DNA of 63,604 nt, counting the filler, from Lenisia limosa (lineage: Eukaryota > Protista > Breviatea): the NCBI GenBank assembly GCA_001655205.1. It is 11 parts of 11 records of this genome, joined end to end, with 100 filler letters (N's around TTAATTAATTAA, not from the genome) between each part and the next. Parts side by side here need not be neighbours in the genome. Positions count along the whole stretch, not along the records: positions 1 to 10,375 come from LPNZ01002290.1; positions 10,476 to 13,444 come from LPNZ01011495.1; 9 more parts are not named here. One strand, written 5' to 3'. A model generated the notes under the pieces. That model searched no databases and was not told the origin of the DNA. It saw only the letters and a program-made list of their open reading frames with translations. Shown here piece by piece: positions 1-10,909 of this stretch. Position 1 is the stretch's first letter. The number at the start of each line of letters is the position of its first letter. The translations under genes and the position numbers were made by a program.

Positions 1-157
1 ATCATATACTATATATATACATGTATATATAATACTATAATTAGATATCATATAGTGTATATTTGACGACTACCCTGTGTTGGGTCATTTTCAAATCTAT
101 TAGATACTATTTCCTGATTGATATTTTATTGGTACTGCTCTTTTGTAACCATTTCAG

Positions 158-3100
158 GAATCCAAGCCGATGGTGGCGCGGCAGGACTCAGTGAAACCAT
201 TTACGTGGGTTTGGTTAGAGTAGGTGGACTCAGTGAAACCATTCACGTGGGTTTGGTTAGAGTGGGTAGAATACCTTTTTTTTTGTTTGTTTGTGTTTAT
301 TTTGCCAAGGATTCACACAGTCAGTCTCCCAAAATATGAGTTACTTCGATAAATTCTAAATAGACAATATTTTACCAGTCTTTTTCAGATTTGGGTGATT
401 AGTGAAAGAAGTAAAACCCTACCCAAACTGCTGTTCTTGCTATTTTTGACTATCTAGGAAACCATTCAAACAATGTCAGTCCCAGCCTCTATTCCAACAG
501 GGCTCAGCGTCACCCCAGGTTCTAGCTCCCTGGTGATCTCATGGTCTCCTGTCACTTCTACTGACGTCACTGGGTATCAGGTTGGTTGGCTTCAGCAGAT
601 ACCAGTTGTTTTAAATGTGACGTGGAATACATTCATATATCATATCATATCTACATGTATCATATATCGTGGTATTTCGATATAATATTGATACGGTGTA
701 CTAATTGTATACATTTTGTCAGGCCCCCTCTTAGGCACATGTATGAATGCTCAGCTTCGCATTGGACAAGGTATCTTCACAGCTTCTGTTACGATTACTG
801 CTCCTGAGACATCTTACACACTTCCTGCAACCCCTTCAACAAGCTATTCTATCTCTGTGCGGACAGTGACAACAAACAGTTTCAGTGAATACTCCGCCGT
901 TGTCACATCTTCAACGACAGTAAAGAACCTTGAAACGCCGTACGCACCCCTTGTCGAGGAGATTTCGTTTTCAAACGCAGTGGTGGTGTTGTTCAACCAT
1001 GGCGATTTGGTTTCGACTGTGAACTACACCAAAGTTTCAGAAGGGTGGAGTTCCGCAGTTGTTCTTCCAGAAACTGCTGGTAGGTTATAGTATATAATAT
1101 TATCACGAACTTCCATAAAGCCAGGCATGCATTTATTTATGAGTTGTGCTTTTGCATACCCTTTACTTCCTAGCCCTCATAGGTTCAATCATTTATTACA
1201 TTGACATCATAGACCACCGCCACTATTTCGACAGTCTCGATGCCGTCACCGAATATGCCATTATGTACCAGCTTTGCGACGGTAGCGTATGCTCGGACTA
1301 TTCTCCTGAAGCCCGCTTCACAACACTCACCATGCCTCCACCTGCCGTCACCAACGTCGCCACGGTTGTCACTGCCACCACCTTGAGTCTGACCTGGACT
1401 ACCGAATACTCTGTCCACGGCCGCTCGTTTTACGTTGTTCTCACCGAAGCCAATGACTTCAAGTCCACCTTTGTCACAACAACGTCAGCCTCATTCACCG
1501 ACGTGAAACCAGGTACTACCTTCGAAGTTGCAATCGTCACAGTTTCCCCTGAAAACTTGGAGTCTGAAGCCACTGCTCTGAATGTCACCACTGTTGGCTC
1601 AGCCCCACAAATCGTCTCGCTCATCGCCAGTGATCCACTAAACGATGATGTTGTGATGGACATTGGGGACTTGATCACTGTCACATTTGACGTTGATACT
1701 AACATGCCGGCTGACATTTATCTCATCTGCAATAGAGATACCACAGGAGCTGGCCTCATTGGCACCTGGCAGTCACCAAAGGTCTGGGTTGCTACCGTTA
1801 CAAAAGTTGAAATCGAGCTGTGGATCCATGTTCTGAAGTGCCATATCAGCCCTGGTGTTATCCGCGCCAGTGGTCCTAGTGACGAAAGCACAAATATTGC
1901 GGCGCTTAATGGCAATTGGGGAACCAAGCAACAGGCATTCGTCTCAAGTTTTGGCGATTTTTACCATGTCAACGAAGACAGCGCGATGTGGTTGAGACAG
2001 ACTTTCACCCTGACTGCTGCAGGTAAAAATGTCACTCAAAGTTCCTTAGTAAGCTATATTCTTGCTGCTTCTGGAGGGAACAATGTGTGTATAGTGTCAA
2101 AGTGTATCCCCGGAGGGTACACCACCGGTTATGAATGGGTGTACGCCCTCAATAATTTATTCGGAGTTGGTGGTATACGATCAGAAAACCCAGTCCCTAA
2201 CTCAATCGAAAGCTACGGTATCAGCCTTATACTGACTTCAGAAGGAATTGTGAGCACAAAAAAAATCGCAGTGGTAATTGTCCCAGTTGCTGATATATTT
2301 ATTGTTGCTCCCCCTCAGCTTTCTGTTTCCATTCCCAACACGGGAGGGAAGCTAATCAATGACGCTTCAGTGGCTGATGTGGACATTGGTGACGACTACA
2401 GGATTATGGTTTCTCTTGCCGATCCTCTTTCTGGTCAAATCACCTATGATAACTGCAATGTGCCCCTGCATAACGCTGGCAGTATTCTCTCGGGAGTTGT
2501 GAGCCTTGATGATTTCCCCTGCGTTTTCTCGAACATTAGACTGATTCCTTCAGCTAGCTCAACGGCAGCTGGCTCCTTGGTTGCTTCTTTGCTCCTTGAG
2601 GACTTAGGAGCGACTAACAGCGGATCTGGAGGCACCAAACAAACCTTCGACATACATGTTCAGATTTCATGCACCAGTTCCGCTTATGCCCATCTCCATT
2701 CGTGCGTTATGGCGAATGATATGACGCTAACATGCGAATTCGACAAGGACGTTGCCTCCTCGTGGACTGTCACTGAAATTTCCGACGTTTTCGATTCCCA
2801 GTCCTCAGTCCTCTTCGGCTCTTCAGCATACGTCGTCATTGGCGGGCCGCGAAAATTCCGGGTCTTCCCAGGAGGCGGCTCCACTTTCATGACAGGTGAC
2901 GTGCTCACCCTTAAGAACGACGCCTTTTACGCCTGTTATGGCTCGAGCTCAGCTGGCGGCTCGGCGGTCATCCTACCTCCCGTCTTCCGAACAGAGCCGA
3001 CCGTCGCCATTTCGGGTCCTGAAGACGTAGCCTTCTGCAGTAACGGCGTGACGCTTCGCACCAAATCCACGGGCCTAGCTGGTCGAAAGCCGACTATTGA

Positions 3101-6100
3101 GTGGTCCGCGGTCGGGGTTGATATGGTCAACTCTGTAGTGAAGGCTGACGGTTCTGTCACTATCCCCGCCACTTCTTTAAACCCTGGGACTTTTGATGTT
3201 CAAGCCAAGCTGACAAACGTCTTTGGTGAAACTGCCACTGCCGTACACACCATCTCCGTGTCCTCCAGTCATGTTCCTGAAATTATAATCCTGCCTAAGC
3301 CAGCCGTGATCAACCCTGGACACTTCACGCGTCTTCGTGCTGAAGCTGGCATTTCCCCATGTCTCTCAGGAAAGCACCGCAATTTACTTTACTCTTGGAC
3401 CAGTGACCCCCCTGAGTATATAGTAGCTAAGAGTGACACCCCCAGCCCCGATGTTAACCCAGCTGCAATCCAGCCAAACTCCGACGCTTCGGTTACTGTC
3501 ACCGTCTCAATGGTCACCAACCCAAGCCTCTCCGTAAACTCAACAGTAATAATTAAGCGGACTTACACACCTCCCTCCAGCCGTCTTACTGGTGGCTTTG
3601 CCAAATCATGGAGAAGTTCCCTTCCTCTTATTCTTGACGGCTCCGACAGCGTTGCCTATGACGGATCCCTTCAGTTGAATTGGGCGTGCAAAACTGTCCC
3701 CAATGCCAAGCCGTGCTATACTTTGCAGAACCATGTTCTTGTTTTGGCGGGTACTAAAGTTGAAATCCCCTCCTCCACCCTTCCCCTTGGCACATACTCT
3801 ATTGTCCTTACTGCCACAGACTCCTTAAACATGCTTACCGACTCCTTCTCTCAAACCGTTACAATTCAGCCTGCCGAAGTTCCAATTGTCACCTTAACTC
3901 AGACCACCAAGACAACTGTTCCCGAAGCTTCATTCTGCATTCGAGCTGACGTCACTTCCGACCTCTCTGATGAAGATATCACCATCAAGTGGACGTCCTC
4001 CACTCATGATCTTGATGCCATTTCCGAGGGCTCTTCGTCGAACCTCCTGTGTGTCAATGCCACCCTCAGAACTGGCCTTGATTTTGTTGTCACCGCCACG
4101 GCCACCGACCCCAGTAACCTCTCGGCCGCCGCCTCCACCACTGTCAAGGTCTCTTCTGCACCCTATGGAGGCCGCCTTCTGACCGATTCCGTGATTGTGA
4201 GACCAGGTTTACCGTCTACACTTTCTGCAGTGGACTGGCAACATGAAGGTGAAATCTCCTACCGCTTTGTCATGGAGACACCTGAGGGCACCAGGGTTTT
4301 GCTCTCTGATCGTACAACCCAGTCTGTCTACAGGGGTCCCATTCCTACCAAGTCAGACACAGTTGAAGTCATTGTTGAAGTGTACACGGCTGACCTCTCA
4401 ATGAGCTCCGCGTCAGTCGAACTTGTGGTATTGGGCTCTATTGACGAGGATATCCATAATAAACTTCTTGATGACTTTAGTAAAGAGATTGACCATCACC
4501 ATGGCATTACGAGTCATTTATCTTTATTGGTAGGTATTGATTACGGTGACAGTTTACATCGTCGCCAAGTCTCTAACGTCACCGCTGTTGAAATCATTTC
4601 CAAGCAAATCAACCTTATTAAGACGTATTACGATTCCATCACTCCCGAAACTCTCTTTGAACTTCTCTATACACTCAGCCAGTCCAGTGAGGCTCCCAGC
4701 TTTATACCAACTTTTATGACAATCCTCAAGAATACCCTCCTGAGAATTGATGACCCTCTACCAAACCAAGAGAGACAAAGGGCCCTTCAGCATGCTTTTG
4801 TTGCCGCCGCAAGGGTTCGTGGCTCTGCCGTCTCTAGGCGCTCTTCTTCTGCGAGTGAAGAGCTTCTTTCTATCATTAAGGTGTGAGGGGAGGTAATAAT
4901 ACAACTCGTAATAAGTTTGTATTTATGACACCCCACCGCTTCGTCTCTTCATATTTTTGTTTTATCAGGGTACTATGAGAATCATATGGTCTACATATAT
5001 CATAAATGCTATATGTCTATGAATGTATGTTCTGTTCTTAGGATTGTTATTGATTAAGTAGTATCGAGATGTTTTGTGCAGAAGGGTTGATGGTTTCATC
5101 ACACACACTACTTGCAACTCTTCTCATCTGTTACCTATTTGCCCCTCACTGTGTAGTCCGTTTTGGATGACGTGACAAACAACAGCCTCCAATTGCCTGG
5201 AATGCGCTACATCAACACCTTCGACGCCACCTCTATCATGGCGGTCCATTTCTCGACTAAAAACCATCTTGACGCAACTGTCGTCCCTGGGGTGTCCTTC
5301 TACGGAAAGTCTAGTGACTTCAATCACACCAAGTCCGCCGTGGTTCAAATGGTTTATCGTCAGGTTGACGACTCTCTTGACGGATTGAAAAACTCCACCG
5401 TTTTGCCCTCACAACAATTGGATGTTGGTGTGCTCTTGCTTCGTGTTTTCCAAAACGGCCAGTATCAAGAGACCTTTGCCAACTCCCAAGTGTCCTTCCC
5501 ACCAGTTGAATTCGATGTGGCTGGGTGCCCTCTTTGTAAACCAACCTGTGCTTATCGAAGCACCAAGGGATGGTCCTTCGAGAATATCACGACAAATGGC
5601 TGGAATTGTACACTGTCCTTTGAGGCTGAGGTCACAATGTTTGCAACAAGCTGCGGTGATGACAGCAACGACTGCTTCACTACCTGTGGAAATGGCCAGA
5701 TCGACGAGGGTGAAGAGTGCGACGAGATGACCGCCTCACCAATGTGTGTCAACTGCAACGTCACTGTCGGGTACGAGTGCACTTCTCCCGTCTCTGGCCC
5801 CAGTGTTTGCAAGGCAAAGTCTGGCTCACTTTGTTTAAGAACTAACCAAGACCCGGATTATCCATGCGAGGAGTGTGACCTGTCCAATACCATTATGTGC
5901 TCCAAATGCCCCAATGGTAAGATATCTGTTGCATTTTTGTTACCCCCCCCCCCCCNNNNNNNNNNNNNNNNNNNNNNNNNNNNNNNNNNNNNNNNNNNNN
6001 NNNNNNNNNNNNNNNNNNNNNNNNNNNNNNNNNNNNNNNNNNNNNNNNNNNNNNNNNNNNNNNNNNNCAAAAAACAGTCTCCTTATTAGTATATCTGATC

Positions 6101-7304
6101 ACTACATATCGTATCAGAGTATTGTATCTCTTTTATTATAAAATTAACAATTATTCGTTGGGTTTTTTAACTGTTCCATAAGTTCCCACTTTACCCCCCT
6201 CCTCAGGCTCCACCCCTCTTGGCCCAGCCTGCGCATCCTCCGAGCCCTCTTTGGTCACTGTCGACAGCATTAAAGGCACAGATGACCTCGTCTTCTTAGA
6301 GTCCACACCATTGACTCCTGGAGTCTCTGTTGACTTCCCTCCTACCTCTGTTTACTTCACCGACCTTCAATTCACGCTTGCCAATGCCAACATGACCGAT
6401 TATGTTGACCCTTCGTCGTTCCCACAGACACAGTCCGTTCTTCTTGACTTTGTTATTGAGCCCATGAGAGCTGGGAACACTGTGGATGTTGACATTTCAA
6501 CAACGCCAATGGTAGTCCGAGTCTATGTTCCGCCTGAAATCCAGCCGGCCAATACTGAACCTTCACTTCTCATCATTTTGGACGGAGAGGTCAAGGTTTG
6601 TTGTTACACCTAAAACTGTCCATCCTTTCGACTTTTGTCTAGCTATTCAGGTTTTTTTGATATCGAAGGCACTGATAGGTATTCATATGGTGCATTCGAA
6701 AATTCAGAACCTTTTCTCCTTGTACATCATAATTTGAAATATCACCCTTCTCTTGCATACTCTTAGTACGGTGAGTTGAACGGAATCTTTGACAGCTCTT
6801 TGTTTCGTTCACCATGTCAGGAAGCCAAGTCCACTTGCAAAACCCCATTCTCCTCGTACGGCCACAACTTTCTCACCACCAACGTTTGTCATATGACGCA
6901 ATACGTTGTTGTGTCCCTCCCCGAGTCTATTGACGCCAACGAAGAGTCTACCAGGTGAGGGCTTATTCTGTGAGTAGTGGTCTATTTCGATTATCAACAC
7001 TCTAGAATGTCTGATATTTTCTTGGCCTTGTTTTATTTCCCTACCCATCCCCGTACTTTGATACTTCATTTTGTAATCTTGACTCCCAAATATTGAATTC
7101 TTAATCTTCCCTTTTCATTTACATAATTGTCTCATTTACTGAAGTGAGCAAATGGCCGCCATTGAGAACAATGAAGATGATGAAAGTGCGTTTGTGCTTG
7201 TCCTTTCAGTTGGCATTGTTGCTCTTGTCGGCGCGTCCGCAATTGTGATACTCTGCTGCAAGTCTGCTCAGCCTAAGGAAAGCAATGTGTGTTTGGGGAA
7301 GTGA
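158..7304 (+). CDS. Large single-pass cell-surface protein: FN3 repeats, REJ/PKD-like Ig region, GPS-like motif, Cys-rich (DUF4215-like/furin-like) segment, second GPS-like motif, TM helix; 5' end outside the window
   Basis: Phase-consistent exons 158-204, 458-580, 755-1079, 1213-4880, 5157-5916, 6207-6595, ~6651-6721 (junction uncertain), 6767-6954, 7145-7304. FN3 signatures (LVISWSP...GYQLRI; YSISVRTV). REJ-like motifs (LILDGSDS, LNWACKT, IKWTSS, WQHEGEISYRF). TCGNGQIDEGEECDE repeat; CHMTQYVVV; TM FVLVLSVGIVALVGASAIVILCC. An extra terminal exon near 7510-7592 is possible. Confidence 0.75.
184..267. repeat. 2 x 42-bp tandem duplication spanning a splice donor
   Basis: GGACTCAGTGAAACCATT(T/C)ACGTGGGTTTGGTTAGAGT(A/G)GGT at 184-225 and 226-267; donor GTGGGT at 205, copy at 247. 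Confidence 0.9.
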
Positions 7305-7812
7305 TTAAGAATGATAGAATTTCTCGCAATTATGGGAGTTTGTTGGACAGAAGTGGAGTCTTGACTAAATAAAAACTGATATGATTTAGGAGAAAGAGCT
7401 TCAGTCAGTGCATCCATTGTCACTTGTCCATACAGCCGGTAAGCTGGATGAATGTCGTCCAAAATGCAATGTCTATTAATAGAGGGGTTATAAATTTCGT
7501 ATCTTTGAGGTTATATTGCCGACTTATACTTCAATCGTCATGATTCTTTAGAAGAAGAATCTGAGGTTCCCAAGAAAGAAGATCTTATATAATTGTTTTG
7601 GTATTAAATGTGCGTATTTACTTTTAGTATTAGAGATAGAAATGTTATATTTTGCTTTGGAGGGACTCAGAAAACTGTACAGAATAATTAGTAGAACAAT
7701 ACGATATGGAAGTTAATAAGGGTAAACTATTACAAAGAATCCCCCCCCCCCNNNNNNNNNNNNNNNNNNNNNNNNNNNNNNNNNNNNNNNNNNNNNNNNN
7801 NACAGGAATGAG

Positions 7813-8390
7813 CTATATATCATCATAAGTAATACACTCTCGCAAAGTGTTCCACTTGCTTTCAGTGACCGTATTCGACTGCGACTTCGGCGCATCAAAC
7901 GACCGTGCACCTTGACCAAACTTATCATGAAGGACCTTTTCAGTGAGAGGGTCAATGGCGGCTGATGCCGTTTTGACCTGGTCGGAGATGGGGTTCATCG
8001 TGGGGTTGATGTAGTTAGCTCGATTGCATCTGATCTGCTTTCCTTTGATAAGGGTCTAAAATGTGAACACTCGAGAGGCACCTTACAGCATCGCCCATCT
8101 TGATACATTGCTCTGCATCCTCTTTATTTTTCAAGGTTACAAAACAATAACTAAAGAAGTGAAACAAAAGTGTTTGAAGTACCAACTCTTTATGCGGTAG
8201 CATTTTCACTGACACCACCTCTACAAATTGTGAAAAGTGAGTTGAAATCTGCCATTAGGAACAAAATAAAATACGTCTTGAGAAGAGCAACTCTCTGAAA
8301 TATCTCCAACATGTATTGTTTTCAAATACGTCGTTTTGCCACAGGCTGAGTGCTCAATCTCAGGTTCCGCCTCTTCTTCTTCAACCAAAT
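7813..8390 (-). CDS. RRM (RNA recognition motif) protein, 5' end not resolved
   Basis: Spliced product KTIHVGDISESCSSQD|ISTHFSQFVEVVSVKMLPHK|DYCFVTLKNKEDAEQCIKMGDA|TLIKGKQIRCNRAN (RNP2 IHVGDI, RNP1-like KDYCFVTL). Introns of 26, 36 and 31 nt (the last at 8056-8086). Stop TAG at 7813-7815. Confidence 0.8.
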
Positions 8391-9234
8391 CAAAAAAAAA
8401 AACTTAAAACCACTTTGGCTGACTGACTTGGTCTCACCTCTTCCTGTTTCCGCTCAGTTTTAGCCTATATCCATTATTATGTAGCATAATGAGAAAAGAA
8501 TATTTTGCGTGTATGTTGATATAACGCTGAGCCATTATTCCCCTCCGTCACTTGCAGCTGATATACTACTACCCGCTCTCACCACCTTCCGCACCCAACC
8601 CTAAAAAACAAGAGTATTCCAGGCATGAAAGAAGGGAAGGCAGGTAATGATCATCTGTATGTGTAACTATTAATATTGCTGCTTATATCATCCTTATCAT
8701 CCCTCAGTGTTCTCCCATCCACAAACCTCAGTATTGTATCGAGGAACGTTTTGTCGTTGCGTAATATCCCTGGCTTCCACATTTGAATGGTAGTTACCCA
8801 GATTAGTGTGTTTAATCTCAGAGGTTTGAAGGGGCTTTGGGGCACTGACAGTCCTAAGGCAATGAGTATGAAGAAGTCAATCTGTTATTGATATGGTACT
8901 GGCTTACTCTAATGAGCGTGTTACATGCCGAGCCGTTTGGATCATCTTCTCCTGAGAAACCTTGACTCTGTCTATTCTGTGTTTTCGCAGATTTTCAATA
9001 GCTCTCCTCTAAGACCATTAGAATGAACACAGACTCAGATACCCAAACCTTTTTCTCATCATTTGCTTTCATAATTTCATTCCTCATCATTTTGCCGATC
9101 TATTGCTAAACAGAAGGGAAAAGGACGAGCGGCTGGCTGGGAAAACCAGTTAAAACGCAGAATTTTTTTCGAAAAATATCGGAAAATAAAAATAACTACT
9201 TTCGGAATTCAATCCGCTTGAAGACTTCTGACCA

Positions 9235-9307
9235 GCCCGGTTAGCTCAGTTGGTAGAGCGTAGGACTCTTAATCCTACGGTCGTGGGTTCGAGCCCCACA
9301 TCGGGCG
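9235..9307 (+). tRNA. tRNA-Lys (anticodon CTT)
   Basis: 73-nt cloverleaf GCCCGGT...ATCGGGC+G; D-arm AGCTCAGTTGGTAGAGC; anticodon stem TAGGA/TCCTA with CTT at 9268-9270; T-loop GGTTCGAGCC; no intron, no encoded CCA. Confidence 0.97.
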
Positions 9308-9308
9308 A

Positions 9309-9315
9309 TTTTTTT
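9309..9315 (+). terminator. Pol III oligo-T terminator of the tRNA
   Basis: T7 run starting 2 nt after the tRNA discriminator base. Confidence 0.7.
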
Positions 9316-9485
9316 ATCATAGTGATGGGATGGGGTTGAATTGACCCCCAAGTTAGAATTATATTAATGTGGCCACAACCTTGCAAACCTCCAAACAACT
9401 CTTTGACTCATTACTGACTCATTTTTTATACTCATCCTATCATACAAGGAGACTCAAGGAGCAAAGCTCGCATCAAGCAAGAACG

Positions 9486-10375
9486 ATGTCCGAAAAGGAG
9501 ATCAATCTCAAGGTATACCTCCTCTGGCTGCTCTTAATGTTGCGTTTTGTGTTTTTAATTTTTGCTTGAAAGGAAATATGAAATTGCATGGTAAACATTT
9601 CACTCACCTTTCCTTTTATTAGGCCATAATAGTAACTGCTCGCCGAAAATATTAATCTTTGCAACGCATTGGTCTTTCAGAGTTGGTTTGTTTTTCCATT
9701 TTTATCTCTTTGTGTTACGTTTGATTGAGAAGTTTGAGTGGGTTCTTCGATATCTCAAAACCGTATTTTCTGTAAACGTTTTTCCATCACTCTTTGAGAA
9801 CAAGAACTGATTTTCATAAGAGACCTTTTCAGGAAAAGCCTTCACCCCCCCCCCCAGGTCTTCATTCGGGTCAGGCCACCGTTGACAAAAGAAGAGAGGT
9901 CTCGCACCCCCGATGTTGAGATTGATGATGACAGTCAGCACATTCAGATCTTCTCCGAGCAGGTGTGTTATGAAGCACTGCACCTTGACAATACAACCGA
10001 GTTGGTTTTCTGACCTTTTAGGAGGGCGAGGATGCTAAAGTATTCCGTTTTGACCATGTTTTCGGACCAGAGAGCAGGCAAGATGAGGTAGGGAAGGTAT
10101 CGGTTTCCTCCTGAGTGTTTAATCAGTGCCCTTCATTTATGTGTTAGGTCTTTGATACCTTGAGGGCTCCTGAAATGATCGCGCGATTGTGGAAGGGATT
10201 CTCAACGACTGTTTTTGCCTATGGTAGGCAAATACAAAGTCTTGCAGCATAGGGCTGAAACTTTATCTCAAGCCTGGTTCATGCAATATTAAATAGAAGC
10301 TTCTTATTTTCTTCAGGAATGACAGGAAGTGGGAAAACATACACAGTGATGGGCAAAGAAGGGAAGCTCTCAAAG
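9486..10375 (+). CDS. Kinesin motor protein, N-terminal part (truncated by contig end)
   Basis: Exons 9486-9512, 9858-9962, 10022-10087, 10148-10223, 10317-10375 give MSEKEINLKVFIRVRPP...FRFDHVFGPESRQDEVF...FSTTVFAYGMTGSGKTYTVMG (VRVRP motif, FDHVF, P-loop). Confidence 0.92.
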
Positions 10376-10475
10376 NNNNNNNNNNNNNNNNNNNNNNNNN
10401 NNNNNNNNNNNNNNNNNNNTTAATTAATTAANNNNNNNNNNNNNNNNNNNNNNNNNNNNNNNNNNNNNNNNNNNN
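10376..10475. other. Artificial contig linker (44 N + TTAATTAATTAA + 44 N); ten such linkers in the window
   Basis: Six-frame-stop 12-mer at 10420, 13489, 39111, 40910, 43793, 45141, 52681, 54418, 59699 and 60992, each embedded in N runs. Confidence 0.97.
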
Positions 10476-10909
10476 TCTCATAATCGTGATGTGGACGCTT
10501 CGGCCAGATAATACCTTGTTTTATTTCTCATTGCTATACATATATTATGTATACTAACATTTTACAGGTAGTGTTTTACATAATTTTCATATTAATTTTA
10601 TCATCATATGATATTATAGTAATATATTACATCAGAAAGATAATTCTCGCGGGGGGGGGGGGNNNNNNNNNNNNNNNNNNNNNNNNNNNNNNNNNNNNNN
10701 NNNNNNNNNNNNNNNNNNNNNNNNNNNNNNNNNNNNNNNNNNNNNNNNNNNNNNNNNNNNNNNNNNNNNNNNNNNAAACTATTCATATTTTAGCGAACCG
10801 AAGTAAAGCCCAAATGTAGTTATATGTATTATGTATACTACACGTGAAAAACAATACAAATGATACAGTAATAGACATAAATAGTTAATACACTTCCTTG
10901 CTTATTCAG

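Noticed and set aside
5945-5955. Poly-C/G runs at many gap edges (also 7741, 10651, 39061, 53160, 54847, 55607, 59641, 59755) as telomeric or functional G4 elements
   Set aside because: Run lengths are unreliable because sequencing fails at these points. They are best treated as dropout sites, often at family B heads.
6764-6766. In-frame TAG between two open stretches, suggesting stop-codon reassignment or readthrough
   Set aside because: The TAG is explained as the AG acceptor of a 45-nt intron (6722-6766). TAG, TAA and TGA all act as normal stops in well-supported genes (RRM, LamG paralogs, TDH, SNRNP27).
10420-10431. TTAATTAATTAA recurring ten times as a possible biological motif (piggyBac site, boundary element)
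   Set aside because: It always sits in the centre of 44 N + 44 N and gives stops in all six frames, so it is an assembly linker. Gene adjacency across these points (for example kinesin to the next exons, or the TDH 5' end) cannot be interpreted.
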